Below are positions 1-9,055 of a stretch of 64,000 bases of DNA, in pieces (within the stretch, counting starts at the first letter, position 1; every line of letters begins with the position of its first letter). Source of the stretch: Felis catus (lineage: Eukaryota); NCBI RefSeq assembly GCF_018350175.1, contig NC_058375.1, positions 105,028,001 through 105,092,000 of the forward strand, written 5' to 3'. Made by a program: the position numbers and the translations under genes. The notes under the pieces were generated by a model. That model made no database searches. It saw only the letters and a program-made list of their open reading frames with translations, and had not been told where the DNA came from.

Positions 1-78
1 GGTCTCCCAAGGAGCAGTGGCAATGGGAATGTGTCCGCATTCCTCCACCAACCCTGACCTTCTCTCTTTTCCTCACAG

Positions 79-221
79 TGCAACTCTCTCTACCCCCTAC
101 CATGTATCTGGAGGGATTTCCCCGAAAATATGTAGCTGCCCAGCTCCACCTGCACTGGGGTGAGACAGGATCCCTGGGGGGATCAGAGCACCAGATCAAC
201 AGTGAAGCCACAGCTGCAGAG
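79..221 (+). CDS. CA14: Carbonic anhydrase 14, internal exon (QLHLHWG zinc-ligand motif); gene starts upstream of the window
   Basis: cag|TG acceptor at 77-78, GAG|gtac donor. Encodes (V)[47 protein letters not shown], with the alpha-CA HxH and GSEH motifs. Confidence 0.95.
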
Positions 222-360
222 GTACCGGGGAACAAAGCTTGGGCTAGGACACAGGGACAGGCATGGTCGGTGCCCAGGAAAGGAAGGATCTGGAAACTGG
301 GAAAAGTCATACTTGGGGGATAAGGCCAACCTTTGTGGGAAAGTTTTAGGGCATACTGGA

Positions 361-408
361 GGTGGTGGTGGTGGTGGTGGTGGTGGTGGTGGTGGTGGTG
401 GTGGTGGT
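361..408 (+). repeat. (GGT)16 microsatellite in a CA14 intron
   Basis: Perfect GGT repeat followed by GGCAGCAGCGGCGGC. Confidence 0.97.
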
Positions 409-494
409 GGCAGCAGCGGCGGCCAGGGTCAAAGCCTTTAGGAAGGGGTAGTGGAGAAACATTAAGTGATTTAATTCCCTTTCCCCCCCCTCAG

Positions 495-590
495 CTCCAC
501 ATTGTACATTATGATTCAGATTCCTATGGCAGCTTGAGTGAGGCCGCTCCAATGCCTCAGGGCCTGGCTGTCTTGGGCATTCTCATTGAG
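495..590 (+). CDS. CA14: CA14 exon (third zinc-ligand His, ELHIVH)
   Basis: tcag|CTC ... GAG|gtgagt; [32 protein letters not shown], phase 0-0. Confidence 0.95.
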
Positions 591-769
591 GTGAGTGGCC
601 CTCAGTCTCCCCCAGGGCTGTCTCCACTCCCTCTGCACCCCTCAGTCCTATTCTGCCCATGTCTGTTGCTCTCCCTCCCTAGGCTAGTCAGCAACCCACT
701 GTGACCATTTGTTCTGTATGTGAACGTCTTACTCCAAATGTGGACCTATTCCAAACTCTCCCTTTCCAG

Positions 770-836
770 GTGGGTGAGACTAAGAATCCAGCTTATGAAC
801 ACATTCTGAGTCACTTGCATGAAATTAGGAATAAAG
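770..836 (+). CDS. CA14: CA14 exon
   Basis: ccag|GTG ... AAAG|gtgagc; VGETKNPAYEHILSHLHEIRNK. Confidence 0.93.
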
Positions 837-998
837 GTGAGCCTGTGAGATTAGACTTCAGGGACACTTCCCCAAAAAGGCCAGCAAGGCCTGGGATGAC
901 AGTGAGTTAGGAACCAGGGGGTGTCACCTCTGGGAGCCCTATCTAGGTAAGCTGGGGGCCATCGAGGAGGAGAGCAGTCCTAGCCTGTTCTCCTCCAG

Positions 999-1156
999 AT
1001 CAGAAGACCTCAGTGCCTCCCTTCAACGTGGGAGAGCTGCTCCCCCAGCGGCTGGACCAGTACTTCCGCTACAACGGCTCACTCACCACCCCACCCTGCT
1101 ACCAGAGTGTGCTCTGGACAGTATTCAACCGAAAGGCTCAGATTTCCATGGGACAG
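999..1156 (+). CDS. CA14: CA14 exon ([10 protein letters not shown] active-site motif)
   Basis: ccag|AT ... CAG|gtgagt; (D)[52 protein letters not shown]. Confidence 0.95.
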
Positions 1157-1180
1157 GTGAGTGGTGAAGAGGTGAGGCAG

Positions 1181-1391
1181 GGGGCGCCTGGGTGGCTCAG
1201 TCGGTTTAAGTGTCCAACTTCGGCTCAGGTCATGATCTTGCGGTTTGTGAGTTTGAGCCCCGCGTCAGGCTCTGTGCTGACAGCTCAGAGCCTGGAGCCT
1301 GCTTCAGAGTCTGTGTCTCCCTCTCCCTCTGCTGCTCCCCTGCTCACGCTGACTCTCTCAATAATAAATAAACGTTAAAAAAAAAAAAAAA
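1181..1391 (+). mobile_element. CanSINE (SINEC_Fc-like)
   Basis: GGGGCGCCTGGGTGGCTCAGTCGGT head, CT-rich body, A tail; TSD AGGTGAGGCAG at 1170-1180 and 1392-1402. Confidence 0.95.
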
Positions 1392-1488
1392 AGGTGAGGC
1401 AGCAGAGACCTAGTGGTAACCTCAGACCCTCTCCCACTCCCCAAAGTGAGTGACACTTCTCCCCTAATCCCACTCTTCTGCTCCTCAG

Positions 1489-1609
1489 CTGGAAGAGCTT
1501 CAGGAGACATTGTTCTCCACAGAAGAGGAGCCCTCGAGGCCCCTGGTACGGAACTACCGAGCCCCCCAGCCTCTCAATCAGCGGACAGTCTTTACTTCTT
1601 TCATCCAAG
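1489..1609 (+). CDS. CA14: CA14 exon ([11 protein letters not shown] motif)
   Basis: tcag|CTG ... CAAG|gtgact; [40 protein letters not shown]. Confidence 0.95.
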
Positions 1610-1848
1610 GTGACTATACAGGGCTTGGAAAGGAGATGGGAAACTGGGGGACTCCATGCCAAGAACTTAGGAGTCCCTGGGAACAAAAGGAAGGATAGGA
1701 GGGGAAGCAGTTTCTAGGACTTGCTTAGACTGGGAATGCTTCTACCCCTGAGTGCCAGGTGATCTCCCCGGCAAATAGAGGTAGAGTGCTGTTCCCCACT
1801 GGGATGGGGAGCTCAGGTCACACTGACCCAAGTCTTCTTCCCTTACAG

Positions 1849-1869
1849 TGGGATCCGTGTATACCACAG
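1849..1869 (+). CDS. CA14: CA14 21-nt microexon (juxtamembrane linker)
   Basis: ttacag|TGGGATCCGTGTATACCACAG|gtaagc; phase 1-1, (V)GSVYTT(G). Confidence 0.88.
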
Positions 1870-1986
1870 GTAAGCCGGCCCCGCCCAGGTATGAAGAGAG
1901 GGAGGCCTGCTCCACAAAGAGGGAGGGAAAGGCTCAGTTATCTGTGGGAGTTCTAGAATGAATGACACTTTCCATCTTCCTCCCAG

Positions 1987-2071
1987 GCGAAATGCTGAGT
2001 CTAGGAGTGGGAATCTTGGTCTGCTGTCTCTGCCTTCTGCTGGCTGTTTATTTCATCGCTAGAAAGATTCG
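1987..2071 (+). CDS. CA14: CA14 transmembrane exon
   Basis: ccag|GC ... CG|gtgagg; (G)[27 protein letters not shown](R), a hydrophobic helix. Confidence 0.93.
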
Positions 2072-2190
2072 GTGAGGTCCTACTTTCCATTCCTTCCGTC
2101 CTTTCTTTTCTACCGAAAAGCACTCTATTCCACCTCTAATCTGTTTCACCTAGGACACTAGTCATTTCCATCAACTATTCCCCCTTCCAG

Positions 2191-2254
2191 GAAGAAGAGG
2201 CTAGGAAACCGGAAAAGCGTGGTCTTCACCTCAGCACGAGCCACAGAGGCATAG
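2191..2254 (+). CDS. CA14: CA14 last coding exon (cytoplasmic tail)
   Basis: ccag|G AAG...; KKRLGNRKSVVFTSARATEA then TAG at 2252-2254. Confidence 0.93.
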
Positions 2255-2647
2255 ACTCCTTCTCGGACATCATGGATGCCTTCCCCTCATGCCAATCAGG
2301 GAGCTTCTAAAATGAGGGGCAGGGACTGGCCAGAAAATACTGTAGAAGTAGTGGGCAGACACCCCTCCTTCCTCCAGACAGCCCCTCCCGAGAGGCATGG
2401 ACAGGCTCTCATTCAAGGAGTAACAGCAGAGCCCACGGCCTCTCAAATCATATAGATCAGGACCATCCCCACATTGACAACGCAGAGGGCAAATTGTGTT
2501 TATTAGCAGGGGAAGTTGGGGATGTGCCCCAAAGTCCTCTATCCCCTTGCCTTTATGTCCCTTTCCCTACATGTCGTGCAGATTCTCCCCTTAGGAAAAA
2601 GAGTTGCTGCTGTTGGGGTTATATTTTTTTGCTCAATATATCTGGAA

Positions 2648-2653
2648 ATTAAA
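2648..2653 (+). terminator. CA14: Probable CA14 polyadenylation signal (ATTAAA)
   Basis: ATTAAA about 390 nt after the stop, preceded by a U-rich stretch. Confidence 0.6.
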
Positions 2654-3006
2654 GTTTCTAACCCCACCCCTGGCCTTACCTTTGGGGCTCTTGAGAGGAG
2701 TTCCTTAATCCCTCAGGTGGCAGAGGTGTGCAAAGGACAGGGGAAAAGAAGCAGGGGTGAAAAACTCTTTTTACCCCAGTCCTGCGAAGGGAGGTCCACT
2801 TCTGGAAAATGCTTAACCCAAAGTTTCTGACATATGAGACCATCAGCCCAGGTTTTTACCCTTGTACCAAAGCCATGCTGGAGGGGATCAGAGGTTGCCA
2901 GGGTGGGAAAGACGTTGGGTAAGAGATGTGGGAGGGCAGAAATCTCAATTAACATGTTATCCCCTCCCTTAAAAGCCAAGTTCCCCCACAATTATAAATT
3001 CCTTAT

Positions 3007-3012
3007 TTTATT
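3007..3012 (-). terminator. APH1A: APH1A polyadenylation signal (AATAAA on -)
   Basis: TTTATT on +, at the end of the APH1A 3'UTR, convergent with CA14. Confidence 0.75.
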
Positions 3013-3447
3013 AGTCAAAATCACAATCACCTTGATTAAAAGGATGGGATGTGCCATCCTCAGCAGAAAATGATACAGTTCATAGAAAACCTCCCCACCC
3101 CCCCCTCCACACCCCAATTAAAAACTAGAAAAAAATCTGCCCTCCTTCCCTGTGATGTCATGGTAGTCTGACTTCTCCAGGGGCATTGCCGCTCCGGAGT
3201 GGGCCAGCTCACCGCAGCACCCTCCACTTCACCTTGGGGAGGGGAGGGATGCTGGTGGTCTAGGAGGTGAAAACATTAGTTCCAGTAATACCAGTTCCCC
3301 AAACATGCACTTCCTTCCTTTCCCCCAAGGCCCGTGACCAAAGGGAAAGGTGGATAGATAAGCCCAGCCATGAAGAGTAATTTGAGGAGAGAAAATATAG
3401 TCCAAAGAGGTTAGAAGAATTCCAACTCACCTCCTCCCTCCCCACTC

Positions 3448-3448
<1 letters not shown>

Positions 3449-3478
<30 letters not shown>

Positions 3479-3506
3479 CAAAACAAAAAACAAAAAAAAA
3501 AAAAAA
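3449..3506. repeat. (AAAAC)n / A-rich microsatellite in the APH1A 3'UTR
   Basis: Tandem AAAAC units running into poly-A. Confidence 0.9.
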
Positions 3507-4156
3507 GGCAGTTTGGGGTCTTTATCACATCAAAAATGGTTCCCCTCAGACCTGAGAAAAAGACCAAGATGCCCAGTCTGGGGAGGAGGTACTGGGAAAC
3601 TTAGAGCTCATCTACCCTTGAGCCTCCGTTAATCTCATCTCCACAGCAACAGCTAAGCTAGGTCCCTTTTCTTGGCAACCTGCACTGTCCAGAACTGGAG
3701 ATGGAGAAATACAGGGCGAGGAGATCAGGAGGGCACCCCAGGCCNNNNNNNNNNNNNNNNNNNNNNNNNNNNNNNNNNNNNNNNNNNNNNNNNNNNNNNN
3801 NNNNNNNNNNNNNNNNNNNNNNNNNNNNNNNNNNNNNNNNNNNNNNNNNNNNNNNNNNNNNNNNNNNNNNNNNNNNNNNNNNNNNNNNNNNNNNNNNNNN
3901 CAACAAGGGGGTCCCCAGATGGTGGGGATAAGTGCAGATTCAAACCCACCAGTCACTGACTGGCTGAACCCAGGCTGCTCCTGGTAAAGCCTAGAGACTA
4001 AAGGTCACAAGTGGACAAAGCAAAACCCTGAAGGTGGTGGGATAGACCGACGAGGAGGAGACAGAGAATGGTGGGTAAAGGACCCGGGCTAGGGCTGGGC
4101 TCAGTCATGGGCAGTGGGCAGGTAGGTGGGATCTGTCAGGCGATCAGTCCAGGTAG

Positions 4157-4291
4157 TCAGTCCTTACACGAGAGGCTGCGCTGGATACTTCGGAGGGACC
4201 CTCCAGCTGTGATGAAGGCCCAAAGCCCCATGGAAACAGTGACTGCATAGATGGGCAGCAGGCTGGCCTCATACCAGGGATTCAGGAATGT
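4157..4291 (-). CDS. APH1A: APH1A exon 6, short-isoform (APH-1aS) C-terminus; internal donor T|GTAAG at 4168/4167 serves the long isoform
   Basis: ctag|ACA on -; TFLNPWYEASLLPIYAVTVSMGLWAFITAGGSLRSIQRSLSCKD then TGA. Confidence 0.95.
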   Translation of the reverse strand, partial: TFLNPWYEASLLPIYAVTVSMGLWAFITAGGSLRSIQRSLSCKD

Positions 4292-4698
4292 CTAGGGATG
4301 GAGATAAGAGTAGAAATGAGTTTAGCTTCTCTCTCTGCCTAATCCCCAAACTCTCTACATGCCTTTGACCCAAACCTCCCCGCAGGTAGCTCACCCAAAT
4401 CCCCTGATCCTTCCCTTCAGAGCACCAATATTTTGTGGTTGAGGACTTTTGATTTTCAGCTCCCTCAGAGGTTTCTGCCCTCTTGCTCACCTCCGGCCAT
4501 TCGTATTACAGTTTGACTAATCCATTCAAACTCCCAGAGGATACCCAGGGCAGGTTATACAATTGATGCTGAGAAACACTAACCTTTCTGCCTCCTCCCT
4601 AGATATGTTTTAACATGTTAAGAAGTGAGAATAGATCTCCCTTCCATCCTGCTGACCATTAAATATTTTTCTAACTCAGGCCCCTGTCCCCAACTCAC

Positions 4699-4716
4699 CA
4701 GTCCCGAGGTCAGTAG
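4699..4716 (-). CDS. APH1A: APH1A exon 5, visible 3' end (rest lies in N gap 4717-4856)
   Basis: CTACTGACCTCGGGACTG|gtgagt on - reads LLTSGL, in phase 0 with exon 6. Confidence 0.88.
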
Positions 4717-5587
4717 NNNNNNNNNNNNNNNNNNNNNNNNNNNNNNNNNNNNNNNNNNNNNNNNNNNNNNNNNNNNNNNNNNNNNNNNNNNNNNNNNNNN
4801 NNNNNNNNNNNNNNNNNNNNNNNNNNNNNNNNNNNNNNNNNNNNNNNNNNNNNNNNTGCCTCATCTGCTCCCAGCCTCCTGAGATGTTGAGCCAAAGAAG
4901 TCTCCCAGGGAGGACCAATAAATCAGATCGGGGCCAGGGATGGATGGGGCATGAAGGCAAGGCANNNNNNNNNNNNNNNNNNNNNNNNNNNNNNNNNNNN
5001 NNNNNNNNNNNNNNNNNNNNNNNNNNNNNNNNNNNNNNNNNNNNNNNNNNNNNNNNNNNNNNNNNNNNNNNNNNNNNNNNNNNNNNNNNNNNNNNNNNNN
5101 NNNNGGGGGGAAGGAGGGTCTCATCAATGTCAGAGATCGCTGTAGCCTGATTACCAGTGATCTCGCCCCATTCCCAGTCACAATTCCCCCACATCTACTC
5201 TCCCTCCAGACCACCTCTCCTTGGAAGTCAGGGATGAAGGGGAAAAAAGCAGCCCCTTGGAACATGTGCATGTTTTGACTTCCCTGGGAGAGGGGGGNNN
5301 NNNNNNNNNNNNNNNNNNNNNNNNNNNNNNNNNNNNNNNNNNNNNNNNNNNNNNNNNNNNNNNNNNNNNNNNNNNNNNNNNNNNNNNNNNNNNNNNNNNN
5401 NNNNNNNNNNNNNNNNNNNNNNNNNNNNNNNNNNNNNNNNNNNNNNNNNNNGAAAGGCAGGAATGCTCCTTTCCCTCTGACATCCTCCCTTAGTGCCTCC
5501 TCTTCCAAACCACCACCCAGGGGCTGCCCCACTTCTCAGAGTGCAATCATCTGCCCTTCTCCCCTCTGGACCATCCCATCTTCTTAC

Positions 5588-5758
5588 TTAAGCAGCTTGT
5601 AGTAGGCAAAGCGGAACACCTCCTGTAGAAGGACAGAGACCGCAGCACCAAAAATCAGGAGGCCATACTGGAGCCGGGCATCTGACCTGTCGGTCACATG
5701 GACCAAGATGAACCAGACCACAGAGGCCAAGAGCAGGGAGACCAGCCAGAAAAATGCC
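5588..5758 (-). CDS. APH1A: APH1A exon 2
   Basis: ctcag|G GCA ... CTT AA|gtaag; AFFWLVSLLLASVVWFILVHVTDRSDARLQYGLLIFGAAVSVLLQEVFRFAYYKLL(K). Confidence 0.96.
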   Translation of the reverse strand, partial: GIFLAGLPALGLCGLVHLGPCDRQVRCPAPVWPPDFWCCGLCPSTGGVPLCLLQAA

Positions 5759-6262
5759 CTGAGGAAAGACAAGGGCAATCAGACAGGCCAGGGTAGGGAG
5801 AGCCAGAGAAATCAAGGAGGAGAACCAATCAAGGCTGCAGCATGTAAAGTGGAAGTTAGACTTCCGGATGGTCTGGAAGACTGGGAGGAGACAGGATAGG
5901 TGTCTCCACCAAGGGAGTCTTGTAGGGATCCGGACGCAGGGGAAGGGATAGAAATCTGACTAATGAGTCTTCAGAGCGATGAGAACCAGAATGTACGCGC
6001 ACAGTAGTAGGGAGAGGGATCCATTCCTGGATCCTCCTTCAGGCCGGCGGAGGTCAGCACACCCCCCTCACGAGTCTTGGCCTTGGGCCTTCTCTGACGT
6101 CGCCGGGAGGAGTATAGGAGGAATCTGTGCGATCCCTGGAAGGCGGAAACCAACTGCGGGAAAGGGCAAATCATCTAGACCCCTGACTCGACCCTTTCCA
6201 ATCTTCACTGCCGACTTGTCTCCCCCAACTCAGGCTCCCAAGCTTGCCCAGCCCCTTCCGGA

Positions 6263-6276
6263 TCTCTTTCTCTCTT

Positions 6277-6309
<33 letters not shown>
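6263..6309. repeat. (CT)n microsatellite in APH1A intron 1
   Basis: Direct reading. Confidence 0.9.
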
Positions 6310-6311
<2 letters not shown>

Positions 6312-6344
6312 CGCCCTCCCGCGTCTTCCCGACCCCCTACTCAC

Positions 6345-6457
6345 CCCGCCACCAGGATGATGACGCGAAGAGGGTCCCCAGCGACAGTGATCAAGAAAAG
6401 CGCAAAGGCCGGGCCGAAAGCGACGAAAGTGCATCCGAAAAATACTGCGGCCCCCAT
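6345..6457 (-). CDS. APH1A: APH1A exon 1 coding part (gamma-secretase subunit APH-1A)
   Basis: Kozak GCCATGG; MGAAVFFGCTFVAFGPAFALFLITVAGDPLRVIILVA(G); GG|gtgagt donor. Confidence 0.96.
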
Positions 6458-8468
6458 GGCTGGGCAGCTGGGGGTGGGGTGGAGGCCTGGCCAAGAGGGG
6501 TGGACGGGGGCAGCACGTCAGCTAAGGAGTCTGCTTGGGGTGGCGACGCGACCCCGTGAGGGGCGCGGTGCAATGTCACCCCCGGACCCCAGGGAAGGGG
6601 AGGGGGGACACCGAAACCCCCGATACAGGTCCGCGCGACTTCCTCTACGGAAGCCGAGGAGGGAACAAACCCCTGCCGCAGCACCATGGCCACCTCCCAT
6701 CCAATCCCCACCCCCCGAAGGCCAATGAAGACTCGGAGGGGGCGGAGCTGCGGGGGCGGGGACGAGGCAGCACAACCTGCCGGGAGTTGTAGTCCTCCTG
6801 CCCTACTAAGCCTTCGACTTCGGTCCTGGGAGTGGCTTGAGCTGGTCAAAGGAGGGAGTGGGCCGGGACTGGCCCGGCTTCCTGGGTCCCATTGGACCTT
6901 GGCTGCGGCTTCCTTTCGTTATTTTGTGGGGAAGGGTGGTAGCAATTCTGCGTCTTCTTGAAGAGCTGCAGAGTGGGGGAGGGGAAGATCCTGTTGGAAC
7001 CTAAAGGACAAATACAAAGAAAGCACAGGATAGAGGGTGCAGGGAGATAGGGACGGGTATTGTTCTTACTTGAATGAGAGGAAATGGGCTTGAGCTACTG
7101 CCTAAGAGATGAAGGTTAGTCTTAAAAGTAAGAGCTCTTTGAACAGACGAGTATAGGAAACATGCAATTCAGTGAGTATACCGCTAATGACGCTTTCATC
7201 TGTAATGACCAGAGAGTAGGAAAGACGAAGAGGAGCCTGGAGAGCAATGTTAGGAAGGAGGTCAGATGGGATTCGGTGTTAAGATTCAGAGTTAAGACTG
7301 TTTGTAAAAAGCAATTAGAGCTATGGGGTTGAAGAAAAACGACAAGCACCCCCGCCCCCCAAGTCACACAGTTCCTTTTAGGTCATACTTCCTCTATTTA
7401 TTTCTGAAAATGAACTTCAGTGGTGTCTTTTCCTCAGGCCAGGGGAAGGCACAGGGGTTGTGTGTATTAGAGTGAAAGAAAATTAAAGTAGGAGAGGAGG
7501 GTATTGTAACCTCATTTGGATGGGGGTAGGGCCAGTCTTTAGGGAGGAACGTTTAGGCAAAAGAGTACCAGGATGGAAAAGTGAGGGGATCTGGAATATT
7601 GTTTTTGAGAGACTAATCAAAGTACAAAGAAAACAACTATAGAAATTGTTCGAAGAGAATCGGGCTTCCTTTCCTTACTGGAAGTGATTTATGAGTTAAT
7701 GCATATGGGTACATCCACAGAAGCGTTTTACATTTTTTTCCAGGAAATTCTAGAAAGGAGCTGAAGGAATAGATTGTATAGATTTACATGGAAAATCATC
7801 ATCATCAAGCAAATCCTCCCCCGCAAAAGGTTAAGATGGTGGAAACATGCTGGCCAGTGCTCAAAACTCCAGTGTGTCTTGCTTCCGAGGCTAGCAGGCC
7901 GAGTCAGGAGAAGAGATACCAGAATACAAGTCTTCTCATCTCTCCTTTGAGCTATTCGCACAGCATTTCTAAGTGCTAAGAGCAAACACCAAACCTCTCT
8001 TGTCCACAGGTGGTTCCACAGAGACTTTCATAGTGCCTGGCTTGTAGTAGATGTTAAATAGATATCTATTAACTTCCTTTTAAACAACATAACTATTCTT
8101 ATTCCCTCGCCAGTGACCTCTGAATTGCCTATCAGATTGGGCCTAGCATATATGTTACTAAATGCTTCTGAGTTGAACTGAATGAAAATGGGAAATATAA
8201 AAGCAGAGAGAAGGGCGAGATGAACTCTATCCCTATGGATAGAATGAAGGGGGCATAGCAAGTGGGGAGGGGGGGCATCTATTCGAGGAAAGAGGCTGTT
8301 TCCTCCCTTCTTCCATCCTGTATCCAGAAAGTGGAGAAAGACATGAAGTGAGGTCAGTACTTGCCATAGAGGAAATAACTAGCCTTGGCTGAGAGATTTT
8401 TATCAGAAGTACTGCAGCAGGTGCTTTGGGTATCAGACAATGATGTTAGTATTGCTCTTGTATTTCAG

Positions 8469-8590
8469 AGTCCAAGACAGGCAGAAGAGAGGACATTTTT
8501 GCAGTCTAGAAAAAAGTGCTCATCGGTTCCTCTAAAATTTTGACTGTGAAGAAAGAGATTGTGAATAAGCCTGGACTCTAGATAGTGATG
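8469..8590 (+). other. C1orf54: Candidate non-coding 5'UTR exon of C1orf54
   Basis: tatttcag|AG acceptor and ATG|gtaagt consensus donor; a downstream acceptor (tttcacag| at 8990) lies 19 nt before the start codon. Confidence 0.5.
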
Positions 8591-9009
8591 GTAAGTTAGG
8601 GACCGTGAAAGGGAGGGTGAGCTTTTTGTGAGGACTAGGAGGGAGTCCTCTTCTTCAGAGGGGAAGCTTCTAGATAGGCACGGGTTTTGGGTTTTGGTCT
8701 GGCTTTTGGTTTGTCTGCTTGCTTGCTTTGGTAGTGTCAGCGGAGTCCTGAATGGATCTAATCTAGGACTGGGGAAGCTCAGTGAACACGTTCACATCAA
8801 AATCCACTTTGCCTCTCTCTTAATCTGGGCAGCTCTCTGGCTGACCGGTAGCAACCATTGATCTAGTCAGTCGGCAACTGGGCGGGGAATTCTACGCCCT
8901 GGGGAAAAGAGTTGCAGCAGCTTTGGAGGAGGGCAGGAGGCGGGGGAAGTTTGGTGAGAAACGCTGTAATTTCCTTTTTTACTTTCACAGCAATAGTGCA
9001 GAATCCAGA

Positions 9010-9055
9010 ATGGATGTCCTCTTTGTAGCCATCCTTGCTGTGCCACTTATCTTGG
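9010..9055 (+). CDS. C1orf54: C1orf54 homolog, first coding exon (signal peptide)
   Basis: AGAATGG start; MDVLFVAILAVPLIL(G); G|gtaagt donor. Confidence 0.9.

Larger units (their letters stand above)
5930..6960. promoter_or_regulatory. APH1A CpG-island promoter with CCAAT boxes, GC boxes and an ACTACAnnTCCC (ZNF143/THAP11-type) motif
   Basis: CpG dense; CCAAT at 6701 and 6722; GGGGCGG boxes at about 6739-6762; GACTACAACTCCCGGCAGG on - at 6776-6794. Confidence 0.8.

Noticed and set aside
160-704. Poly-Gly, poly-Trp and poly-Thr ORFs
   Set aside because: Translations of the intronic (GGT)16 microsatellite, not real coding sequence.
3745-5451. APH1A as a pseudogene lacking exons 3-5
   Set aside because: The missing exons coincide with N gaps; visible exons and splice sites are intact.
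6391-6687. Strong-Kozak upstream ATG (6687, -) opening an ORF that overlaps the APH1A start
   Set aside because: It lies only about 15 nt from a CCAAT box, so probably upstream of the main transcription start; CAGE would be needed to revive it.
5979-6961. Long overlapping ORFs (up to 249 aa) over APH1A exon 1
   Set aside because: GC-rich CpG island depleted of stop codons; they run through the (CT)n repeat and resemble no known protein.
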